Translations under genes and position numbers: made by a program
Source of the DNA: Lytechinus pictus
Taxonomy: Eukaryota
Assembly: GCF_037042905.1 (NCBI RefSeq)
Contig: NC_087246.1
Span: 20,398,001 to 20,462,000 of the forward strand
Length of the DNA: 64,000 nt
Direction: 5' to 3'
Part shown: positions 25,300 to 36,162 of the stretch, one piece after another
Numbering within the stretch: position 1 is the first letter of the stretch
Layout: each line of letters begins with the position of its first letter
Notes under the pieces: model-generated
Database searches by the model: none
What the model was told of the DNA's origin: nothing
Seen by the model: the letters and a program-made list of their open reading frames with translations, nothing else

Positions 25300-26263
25300 A
25301 TTGCTAGTTTATATCCTTCATTTCAAGTAGTTTACTGTAAAATCAACCATTACATGATGTAAACAAATCACTCAGACTGCACTGGCGTATACCATGGTAC
25401 ATTTCCCTAAGTCACATGACCACACCCACCGTATGGTGATTGAGGGCGCTTCATATTTCGGTCATCACATTCGTCAGAATATTATTACACAGGAATATGA
25501 ATGATGTCATTGGTTTAGAACTTAAGACAGTGACATCATACCCTTTCTAATCTCGATAGTTCTTTCTCCTTAATTCATAAATTTGCCCTTTCCTTTATAT
25601 GACATTTGTTTCAACTCTACAAAATCCGGGTATAGAGAGATAAACTAGTGGTCTTTGCAGAAACAAAATAACTGGGCCACAAGTTTTGTTTCATTGAGGC
25701 CTTTCAGAGGCTATAATAAAAGGTGCCAATTGCGGTCAATTACCAGAGATGTAATCTTTTAAAGTGGCATGAAAGATATTTTCTATTTCTTAAATTTTCC
25801 CCTCATCTTATTTTATTCACTGGTCTCCCTTTTTTTCTCCTCTCTTTTCCCCTCTTTTTTTTTCTTTTCTTCTTTTTTTTTGTATTGCTCCGCCAATTAT
25901 TTCTTTCTCTTTTACTTACCATTCTCATTTTCATTTTACATCTTTCATTATTCTTCTTTTATTCGCCACTTTCCTTCTCTTTCTTTCAATTTTCGGTAAT
26001 TAGGTGGCATTTCCGACTAAAACTTTTCACAGCAAGACATAACTATAGGGAGATATTCATTAATGTATCAAAATGAGGTGAGAAGAAAATTAAGGGAAAA
26101 TTTAACGTTGTTGGTAGATCATAAGGACTCGCATGCTAGCTTTACGAAAAACAAATAAACTTTATCAGTCATTAGACTATTTTTAACCTTTCAGCAAAGT
26201 TAATTATGTACATTCAAAATATAAAACAATAACAAGTTATATTTTACAGTTGAATTTAAACAT

Positions 26264-26269
26264 TTTATT
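26264..26269 (-). terminator. Candidate polyadenylation signal AATAAA of pmar1 copy 1 (repeated in each unit)
   Basis: TTTATT on + strand ~170 bp after the TAG, followed on the minus strand by T/GT-rich sequence. Confidence 0.55.
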
Positions 26270-26434
26270 CGACCAATGCTATTCATGTCAGTAGTGCGGC
26301 AAAATATTACATTTATAGGGACAATTTATGCATTATTAATAACATGGTCAATATTACTGCACTTGGCAAGAATCATAACAGCAATTAAAAGTTTTTTTCT
26401 GGTTTGAGAGTTCGTGAGTTCATTCAGTCAGTGC

Positions 26435-27433
26435 CTAGAAGTTGATGCAGAAGACATACGGATGATAACCCATCGGTGTGTAGAAAGAAGACCGTGTTCG
26501 GCGAAGATACTCAGCGCTAGAGGGAGAAGGAGAGCGACTGCTACGAGAGAGAAAGTCTACTGACATCAGTGGACTGGTGGCGCCTTTCGTTGAGTCACTT
26601 GATGTCGTGCAGTGGAACTGAGTGACGCCATGACATTGAAGATGTGGGTCTGATGAAACTGTCGTTGACTCTGACGTCGATCGACTGCTTTTAGCGAGAA
26701 AGTCGACGGAGAACTTGGATGACACGACGCCCAATTTATTTGTAGGTGGTGTGGTCTGGTTGGCCTCATCGGCGTCGCACGGTGTCTTCCGCTTACGGCT
26801 TACGGCATACAAGTCGATTTCATTAGGTGGTTGAAGTCGATGGTTGTAGACGTCTTTCTTAATGACTGGTTGGTGAGCAGAGCATGAAACAAGACAGGCT
26901 CGACGGACACGTGCACGACGGTTCTGAAACCAGACCTGGAGAGGAGAGAAAACAAAATTGAAAGAAATGATCAGTAAAACAGTTTAAATATTTTCAGAAA
27001 ATATGATTTAATTGATGAGAACTACTTTCTTTATTCAACATTTATCTCAATACTATGGTCCGTTTATGAAATCCATAATTATCTGGCGCTCTATAAAGAT
27101 TGAAGTTTGGATTATCAAGGATCGATGTTTTACCCCTCCCCCAAAAAAAGGAACAATTTGCTCTCTGATTTCTTAACACTTTGGATTTGCGAAGTTAGTT
27201 TTCTTTGTATTATCATTAATGATAATGATATTTACCATAATTCTGTCTTCTTTAAGCTGCAGATTTGAAGCCAGTTGTTCTCTAGTCGTGATATCAGGAT
27301 ACTGGTTGTCGTTGAACACGGTCTCCAGAATCCTCAGCTGTAAATCTGTGAAGACGGTTGGACGTCGACGACGAGGGCGTTTGGAAGGAACCCTATTCGA
27401 TGAAGCATGAGCAGTCATGATCAAATCGGTCAT
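26435..27433 (-). CDS. pmar1: pmar1/micro1 copy 1, 232 aa; exons 27433-27236 and 26935-26435
   Basis: Spliced homeodomain RRRRPTVFTDLQLRILETVFNDNQYPDITTREQLASNLQLKEDRIM|VWFQNRRARVRR; GT..AG intron between HD codons 46/47 (PRD class); eh1-like FSVDFLA and MSVDFLS; most divergent copy. Confidence 0.9.
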
Positions 27434-27830
27434 TCGGATAATGAGCTTGATATAAACTTAATAAAGGCTAATTATTGCTTGTTTGGAGTAGATGATGAAC
27501 TTGATCGTTGTTCTATAAGCTATTACAGAATGATGATGTTTATTATTGACACCTGTCCCATCAACATTCGGCTCTGTGAACGCACTTTTCTATTGGTCAA
27601 TAGCCAATAGGATTACTAGCTTGCCTTAACCCACTTTCTATTCAGTGAACGCAATTTTCTATTGGTCAATGAAGACAGCCAATGGGATTACGGGAAGGTT
27701 TCAGTTAGCAGTATAGTAATTGTTTAATCTTTGCCGGCGTACTCAGGCAGATTGAAACCTATTCAAACTACATCCTTTATCGGTCTCTAGATGAATAGGC
27801 TTATAATCTCCTGTTTAGAAACAGTATCAA
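27434..27830 (-). promoter_or_regulatory. pmar1 5' UTR/proximal promoter (repeated upstream of each copy): TATA-like box, CCAAT boxes, Otx-type TAATCC/T sites
   Basis: Minus-strand TTATAGAA at ~27511-27518; ATTGG/CCAAT at 27592, 27604, 27661, 27679; GGATTA at 27610 and 27685; TAATCT near 27725 and 27805. Confidence 0.6.
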
Positions 27831-28072
27831 TGTCTTCTTTTCTTCCATTGATTATTTTCGCCTTCTTAATGACACTGTATACTAATGGACGTTTAAATTG
27901 TAAAAGAAAATATGGACGTCTTCGTTTGAAATTTTGAAAGAGACAGTGATATAACTTATATGGGACGAACGAGGGGTCAGAGAGATACAATAAAAAACTG
28001 AAGAAAAGGGTGAAAAAATTATTTAAATGATAATAGGTAGAAAAAATAAAAATAAACTGAAACCTAAGCTAT

Positions 28073-28253
28073 NNNNNNNNNNNNNNNNNNNNNNNNNNNN
28101 NNNNNNNNNNNNNNNNNNNNNNNNNNNNNNNNNNNNNNNNNNNNNNNNNNNNNNNNNNNNNNNNNNNNNNNNNNNNNNNNNNNNNNNNNNNNNNNNNNNN
28201 NNNNNNNNNNNNNNNNNNNNNNNNNNNNNNNNNNNNNNNNNNNNNNNNNNNNN
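28073..28253. other. Assembly gap (181 N)
   Basis: Run of N. Confidence 1.
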
Positions 28254-28403
28254 TTTTTAAACAAGTACACACCTAGTTACAAATAATGCGTAAAGCATTT
28301 CCATTTATTTGAATGCAGGATAAAAGAGCATAGGTGTCGTAGCCGGGTATCGAACCCCGGACTTTCAATGTATACCCAGTCGCCTTAGACCACTCGGCCA
28401 CGG
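28254..28403 (-). mobile_element. tRNA-derived SINE 5' part, truncated by the gap
   Basis: Minus strand CCGTGGCCGAGTGGTCTAAGGCG...GGGGTTCGATACCCGGCTACG: pol III A box and B box, no intact anticodon arm. Confidence 0.7.
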
Positions 28404-29237
28404 TATAATAAATAAATAAATAAATCGATAGATAAATAGAAAGATATAAAGAAACATATTTTCAAATTACGCTATATATAGCGCTATATAGGCACAACCC
28501 CCTCCCCTTGTTCCTAACTCCTTTTCCCTTTATTTTTGATTTCTTCCTTTACCCCCACCCTTCTGGTCTTCCCTGAAATTAGATATCTTTTTTTGTTTTA
28601 GTTACCCCCTTTTAAAAATCTCGTTTATCTTACTCATCCCCTTTCTATCTTTCCTTGTCTTTCTTTTTCCCTTTCTCTCTCTCCCGTTTTCACCTTTACA
28701 TTCATTTCTTCCTCATTTACTTTCCGTTCTCATTTTCTTTTTACGTCTCCTATTATTCTTCTTTTATTCGCCTTTTTCCCTCTCTTTCAATTTTTGGTAA
28801 TTAGGTCGCCTTTTCGACTAAACTCTTTCACAGCATGACATAATTATAGGGAAATATTCATTGATGTATAAAAAAGAGAGGAGAAGAAAATTAAAGGAAA
28901 AGGGATTTGACATTGTAGGTATATCATAAGGACTCGCATGCTTCCTTCGCAAAAAACAAATAAACTCTATCAATCATTAGACTCTTTCGAACCAATCAGC
29001 AAAGTTAATTATGTACATTCAAACTATAAAACAACAACGAGATATATTTTACAGTTGAATTTAAACATTTTATTCGACCAATGCTATTCATGTCAGTAGT
29101 GCGGCAAAATATTACATTAGGGACAAATTTATGCATTATTAATAACATGGTCAATATTACTGCACTTGGCAAGAATCATAACAGCAATTAAAAGGTTTTT
29201 TCTGGTTTGAGAGTTCGTGAGTTCATTCAGTCAGTGC

Positions 29238-30238
29238 CTAGAAGTTGATGCAGAAGACATACGGATGATAACCCATCGGTGTGTAGAAAGAAGACGGTGT
29301 TCGGTGAAGATACTCAGCGCTAGAGGGAGAAGGAGAGCGACTGCTACGAGAGAGAAAGTCTACTGACATCAGTGGACTGGTGACGCCTTTCGTTGAGTCA
29401 CGTGATGTCGTGCAGTGGAGCTGAGTGACGCCATGACATTGAAGATGTGGGTCCGATGAAACTGTCGTTGACTCTGACGTCGATCGACTGCTTTTAGCGA
29501 GAAAGTCGACGGAGAACTTGGATGACACGACGCCCAACTTCTTTGTAGGCGGTGTCGTCTGGTTGGCCTCATCGGCGTCGCACGGTGTCTTCCGCTTACG
29601 GCTTACGGCAGACAAGTCGACTTCATTAGATGGTTGAAGGCGAGGGTTGTAGACGTCTTTCTTAATGACTGGTTGGTGAGCAGAGCATGAAACAAGAGAG
29701 GCTCGACGGACACGTGCACGACGGTTCTGAAACCAGACCTGGAGAGGAGAGAAAACAAAATTGAAAGAAATGATCAGTAAAACAGTTTAAATATTTTCAG
29801 AAAATATGATTTAATTGATGAGAACTACTTTCTTTATTCAACATTTATCTCAATACTATGGTCCGTTTATGAAATCCATAATTATCTGGCGCTCTATAAA
29901 GATTGAAGTTTGGATTATCAAGGATCGATGTTTTACCCCCCCCCCCCAAAAAAAGGAACAATTTGCTCTCTGATTTCTTAACACTTTGGATTTGCGAAGT
30001 TAGTTTTCTTTGTATTATCATTAATGATAATGATATTTACCATAATTCTGTCTTCTTTAAGCTGCAGATTTGAAGCCAGTTGTTCTCTAGTCGTGATATC
30101 AGGATACTGGTTGTCGTTGAACACGGTCTCCAGAATCCTCAGCTGTAAATCTGTGAAGACGGTCGGACGTCGACGACGAGGGCGTTTGGAAGAAACCCTA
30201 TTCGATGAAGCATGAGCAGTCATGATCAAATCGGTCAT
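29238..30238 (-). CDS. pmar1: pmar1 copy 2, 232 aa; exons 30238-30041 and 29738-29238
   Basis: Same exon structure, open frame, both eh1-like motifs. Confidence 0.9.
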
Positions 30239-30879
30239 TCTGATAATGAGCTTGATATAAACTTAAAAAGCTAATTATTGCTTGTTTGGAGTAGATGATG
30301 AACTTGTTCGTTGTTCTATAAGCTATTACAGAATGATGATGTTTATTATTGACACCTGTCCCATCAACATTCGGCTCTGTGAACGCACTTTTCTATTGGT
30401 CAATAGCCAATAGCCAATAGGATTACTAGCTTGCCTTAACCCGCTTTCTATTCAGTGCACGCAATTTTCTATTGGTCAATGAAGACAGCCAATGGGATTA
30501 CGGGAAGGTTTCAGTTAGCAGTATAGTAATTGTTTAATCTTTGCCGGCGTACTCAGGCAGATTGAAACCTATTCAAACTACATCCTTTATCGGTCTCTAG
30601 ATGAATAGGCTTATAATCTCCTGTTTAGAACAGTATCAATGTCTTCTTTTCTTCCATTGACTATTTTCGCCTTCTTAATGACACTGTATACTAATGGAAG
30701 TTTAAATTGTAAAAGAAAATATGGACGGCTTCGTTTGAAATCTAAAAATTGACATCGATATAACATATAAGGGACGAAAGAGGGGATAGAGAGATACAAG
30801 AAAAAACTGAAGGGATGGGTGAAAAAATGATATGGAATATATAGTCAGAGAAAAGGGGAAATACACTGAAATGAAGGCT

Positions 30880-31450
30880 AGAATTAAAGACGTAGATATA
30901 GATGAGTGAATAGATAAATGTATAGAACAATGATAATATAGAGAGATAGATAGATAGATAGATATATAGATAGGTAGATAGATAGGTAGGTAGATATATA
31001 GATAGATAGAATTAAAGACCAATATATAGATGAGTGAATAGATAAATTTATAGAAGAATGGTAATATAGATAGATAGATATATAGACAGGTAGATAGATA
31101 GGTAGGTAGATATATAGATAGATAGAATTAAAGACCAAGATATAGATGAGTGAATAGATAAATTTATAGAAGAATGGTAATATAGATAGATAGATATATA
31201 GATAGGTAGATAGATAGGTAGGTAGATATATAGATAGATAGAATTAAAGACCAAGATATAGATGAGTTAATAGATAAATTTATAGAAGAATGGTAATATA
31301 GATAGATAGATATATAGATAGGTAGATAGATAGGTAGGTAGATATATAGATAGATAGATAGAATTAAAGACCAAGATATAGATGAGTGAATAGATAAATT
31401 TATAGAAGAATGGTAATATAGATAGATAGATAGATAGATAGATAGAATAG
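30880..31450. repeat. ~116-bp GATA/GGTA-rich minisatellite in the spacer (5 units here; 2-4 units in later spacers)
   Basis: Unit GAATTAAAGACCAAGATATAGATGAGTGAATAGATAAATTTATAGAAGAATGGTAATATA(GATA)n..; starts ~30881, 31009, 31125, 31241, 31361. Confidence 0.9.
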
Positions 31451-32269
31451 TAGATAAAAATAAATCGATTGATAAATAGAAAATTATAAAGAAATATAAT
31501 TTCAAATTACGCTATATAAGCACAAAACGTCACCCCCCCCCCCTTTGTTCCTACTCCTTTTCCCTCTAATTTTTATTCCTTCCTTTGGCTCCATCCTTCT
31601 GGTCTTCCCTGAAATTACTTTTTCTTTTGTTTTAGTTACTTTTTTTTTAAATCCCGTTTATATTTCTCACCCATTTTCTATCACTCCTTTTCTTTCTTTT
31701 TTCTATTTCTCCCTCTCCCGTTTATACCTTTACATTCATTTCTTTCTCATTTACTTTCCGTTCTCATTTTCTTTTTACGTCTCCTATATTCTTCTTTTAT
31801 TCGCCTTTTTCCCTCTCTTTCTTTCAATTTTCGGTAGTTAGGTGGCCTTTCCGACTAAAACTTTTCACAGCAAGACATAATTATAGGGAGATATTCATTG
31901 ATATATCAAAATGAGTTGAGAAGAATATTAAGGGAAAATTTGACATTGATGGTATATCATAAGGACTCGCATGCTAGCTTTACGAAAAACAAATAAACTT
32001 CATCAGTCATTAGACTATTTTTAACCTTTCAGAAAAGTTAATTATGTACATTCAAAATATAAAACAATAACAAGATATATTTTACAGTTGAATTTAAACA
32101 TTTTATTCGACCAATGCTATTCATGTCAGTAGTGCGGCAAAATATTACATTAGGGACAATTTATGCATTAGTAATAACATGGTCAAAATTACTGCACTTG
32201 GCAAGAATCATAACAGCAATTAAAAGGTTTTTTCTGGTTTGAGAGTTCGTGAGTTCATTCAGTCAGTGC

Positions 32270-33268
32270 CTAGAAGTTGATGCAGAAGACATACGGATGA
32301 TAACCCATCGGTGTGTAGAAAGAAGACGGTGTTTGGTGAAGATACTCAGCGCTAGAGGGAGAAGGAGAGCGACTGCTACGAGAGAGAAAGTCTACTGACA
32401 TCAGTGGACTGGTGGCGCCTTTCGTTGAGTCACGTGATGTCGTGCAGTGGAGCTGAGTGACGCCATGACATTGAAGATGTGGGTCCGATGAAACGGTCGT
32501 TGACTCTGACGTCGATCGACTGCTTTTAGCGAGAAAGTCGACGGAGAACTTGGATGACACGACGCCCAACTTCTTTGTAGGTGGTGTCGTCTGGTTGACC
32601 TCATCGGCGTCGCATGGTGTCTTCCGTTTACGGCTTACGGCAGACAAGTCGACTTCATTAGATGGTTGAAGGCGAGGGTTGTAGACGTCTTTCTTAATGA
32701 CTGGTTGGTGAGCAGAGCATGAAACAAGAGAGGCTCGACGGACACGTGCACGACGGTTCTGAAACCAGACCTGGAGAGGAGAGAAAACAAAATTGAAAGA
32801 AATGATCAGTGAAACAGTTTTAATATTTTCAGAAAATATGATTTTATTGATGAGAACTACTTTCTTTATTCAACATTTATCTCAATACTGTGGTCCGTTT
32901 ATGAAATCCATAATTATCTGGCGTTATATGAAGATAGAAGTTTGGATTATCAAGGATCGATGTTTTACCCCCCCCCCCCCCCAAGGAACAATTTGCTCTC
33001 TGATCTCTTAACACTTTGGATTTGCGAAGTTAGTTTTCTTTGTATTATCAGTAATGATAATGATATTTACCATAATTCTGTCTTCTTTAAGCTGCAGACT
33101 TGAAGCCAGTTGTTCTCTAGTCGTGATATCAGGATACTGGTTGTCGTTGAACACGGTCTCCAGAATCCTCAGCTGTAAATCTGTGAAGACGGTCGGACGT
33201 CGACGACGAGGGCGTTTGGAAGAAACCCTATTCGATGAAGCATGAGCAGTCATGATCAAATCGGTCAT
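32270..33268 (-). CDS. pmar1: pmar1 copy 3, 232 aa; exons 33268-33071 and 32770-32270
   Basis: Open frame, canonical splice sites. Confidence 0.9.
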
Positions 33269-35163
33269 TCTGATAATGAGCTTGATATAAACTTAATAAA
33301 AGCTAATTATTGCTTGTTTGGAGTAGATGATGAACTTGTTCGTTGTTCTATAAGCTATTACAGAATGATGATGTTTATTATTGACACCTGTCCCATCAAC
33401 ATTCGGCTCTGTGAACGCACTTTTCTATTGGTCAATAGCCAATAGCCAATAGGATTACTAGCTTGCCTTAACCCGCTTTCTATTCAGTGCACGCAATTTT
33501 CTATTGGTCAATGAAGACGGCCAATGGGATTACGGGAAGGTTTCAGTTAGCAGTATAGTAATTGTTTAATCTTTGCCGGCGTACTCAGTCAGATTGAAAC
33601 CTATTCAAACTACATCCTTTATCGGTCTCTAGATGAATAGGCTTATTATCTCCTGTTTAGAACAGTATCAATGTCTTCTTTTCTTCCATTGATTATTTTC
33701 GCCTTCTTAATGACACTGTATACTAATGGAAGTTTAAATTGTAAAAGAAAATATGGACGGCTTCGTTTGAAATCTAAAAATTGACATCGATATAACTTAT
33801 AAGGGACGAAAGAGGGGATAGAGAGATACAAGAAAAAACTGAAGGGATGGGTGAAAAAATGATATGGAATATATAGTCAGAGAAAAGGGGAAATACACTG
33901 AAATGTAGGCTAGAATTAAAAGACGTAGATATAGATGAGTGAATAGATAAATTTATAGAACAATGGTAATATAGAGAGATAGATAGATAGATAGATATAT
34001 TGATAGGTAGATAGATAGGTTGGTAGATATATAGATAGATAGAATTAAAGACCAAGATATAGATGAGTGAATCGATAAATTTATAGAAGAATGGTAATAT
34101 AGATAGATAGATATATAGATAGGTAGATAGATAGGTAGGTAGATATATAGATAGATAGAATTAAAGACCGAGATATAGATGAGTGAATAGATAAATTTAT
34201 AGAACAATGGTAATATAGAGAGATAGATATATAGATAGGTAGGTAGATATATAGATAGATAGAATTAAAGACCGAGATATAGATGAGTGAATAGATAAAT
34301 TTATAGAAGAATGGTAATATAGATAGATAGATAGATAGAATAGTAGATAAAAATAAATCGATTGATAAATAGAAAATTATAAAGAAATATAATTTCAAAT
34401 TACGCTATATAAGCACAAAACGTCACCCTCCCCCCCCTTTGTTCCTACTCCTTTTCCCTCTAATTTTTATTCCTTCCTTTGGCTCCATCCTTCTGGTCTT
34501 CCCTGAAATTACTTTTTCTTTTGTTTTAGTTACTTCTTTTTTAAATCCCGTTTATATTTCTCACCCATTTTCTATCACTCCTTTTCTTTCTTTTTTCTAT
34601 TTCTCCCTCTCCCGTTTATACCTTTACATTCATTTCTTTCTCATTTACTTTCCGTTCTCATTTTCTTTTTACGTATCCTATATTCTTCTTTTATTCGCCT
34701 TTTTCCCTCTCTTTCTTTCAATTTTCGGTAGTTAGGTGGCCTTTCCGACTAAAACTTTTCACAGCAAGACATAATTATAGGGAGATATTCATTGATGTAT
34801 CAAAATGAGTTGAGAAGAATATTAAGGGAAAATTTGACATTGATGGTATATCATAAGGACTCGCATGCTAGCTTTACGAAAAACAAATAAACTTCATCAG
34901 TCATTAGACTATTTTTAACCTTTCAGAAAAGTTAATTATGTACATTCAAAATATAAAACAATAACAAGATATATTTTACAGTTGAATTTAAACATTTTAT
35001 TCGACCAATGCTATTCATGTCAGTAGTGCGGCAAAATATTACATTAGGGACAATTTATGCATTAGTAATAACATGGTCAATATTACTGCACTTGGCAAGA
35101 ATCATAACAGCAATTAAAATGTTTTTTCTGGTTTGAGAGTTCGTGAGTTCATTCAGTCAGTGC

Positions 35164-36162
35164 CTAGAAGTTGATGCAGAAGACATACGGATGATAACCC
35201 ATCGGTGTGTAGAAAGAAGACGGTGTTCGGTGAAGATACTCAGCGCTAGAGGGAGAAGGAGAGCGACTGCTACGAGAGAGAAAGTCTACTGACATCAGTG
35301 GACTGGTGGCGCCTTTCGTTGAGTCATGTGATGTCGTGCAGTGGAGCTGAGTGACGCCATGACATTGAAGATGTGGGTCCGATGAAACGGTCGTTGACTC
35401 TGACGTCGATCGACTGCTTTTAGCGAGAAAGTCGACGGAGAACTTGGATGAAACGACGCCCAACTTCTTTGTAGGTGGTGTCGTCTGGTTGACCTCATCG
35501 GCGTCGCATGGTGTCTTCCGCTTACGGCTTACGGCAGACAAGTCGACTTCATTAGATGGTTGAAGGCGAGGGTTGTAGACGTCTTTCTTAATGACTGGTT
35601 GGTGAGCAGAGCATGAAACAAGAGAGGCTCGACGGACACGTGCACGACGGTTCTGAAACCAGAACTGGAGAGGAGAGAAAACAAAATTGAAAGAAATGAT
35701 CAGTGAAACAGTTTTAATATTTTCAGAAAATATGATTTTATTGATGAGAACTACTTTCTTTATTCAACATTTATCTCAATACTATGGTCCGTTTATGAAA
35801 TCCATAATTATCTGGCGTTATATGAAGATAGAAGTTTGGATTATCAAGGATCGATGTTTTACCCCCCCCCCCCCCCCAGGAACAATTTACTCTCTGATCT
35901 CTTAACACTTTGGATTTGCGAAGTTAGTTTTCTTTGTATTATCAGTAATGATAATGATATTTACCATAATTCTGTCTTCTTTAAGCTGCAGACTTGAAGC
36001 CAGTTGTTCTCTAGTCGTGATATCAGGATACTGGTTGTCGTTGAACACGGTCTCCAGAATCCTCAGCTGTAAATCTGTGAAGACGGTCGGACGTCGACGA
36101 CGAGGGCGTTTGGAAGAAACCCTATTCGATGAAGCATGAGCAGTCATGATCAAATCGGTCAT
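35164..36162 (-). CDS. pmar1: pmar1 copy 4, 232 aa, homeodomain V47F; exons 36162-35965 and 35664-35164
   Basis: Open frame; exon 2 begins TTC TGG TTT CAG instead of GTC TGG TTT CAG. Confidence 0.87.

Noticed and set aside
27173-27433. 86-aa and 125-aa ORFs as two separate genes per unit
   Set aside because: They are exon 1 reading into the intron and part of exon 2 of one spliced gene; the GT/AG sites restore the WFQNRR helix in frame.
27219-27610. Repeated plus-strand 63-67 aa ORFs antisense to pmar1 exon 1 and promoter
   Set aside because: Conservation follows from array identity; no recognisable domain; the 67-aa ORF is broken in copy 2.
28334-28403. tRNA gene
   Set aside because: A and B boxes are present but there is no proper anticodon stem; it continues into SINE-like body sequence.
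30880-31450. CRISPR-like repeat-spacer array
   Set aside because: Eukaryotic context; intervening segments are GATA microsatellite rather than unique spacers; no cas genes.
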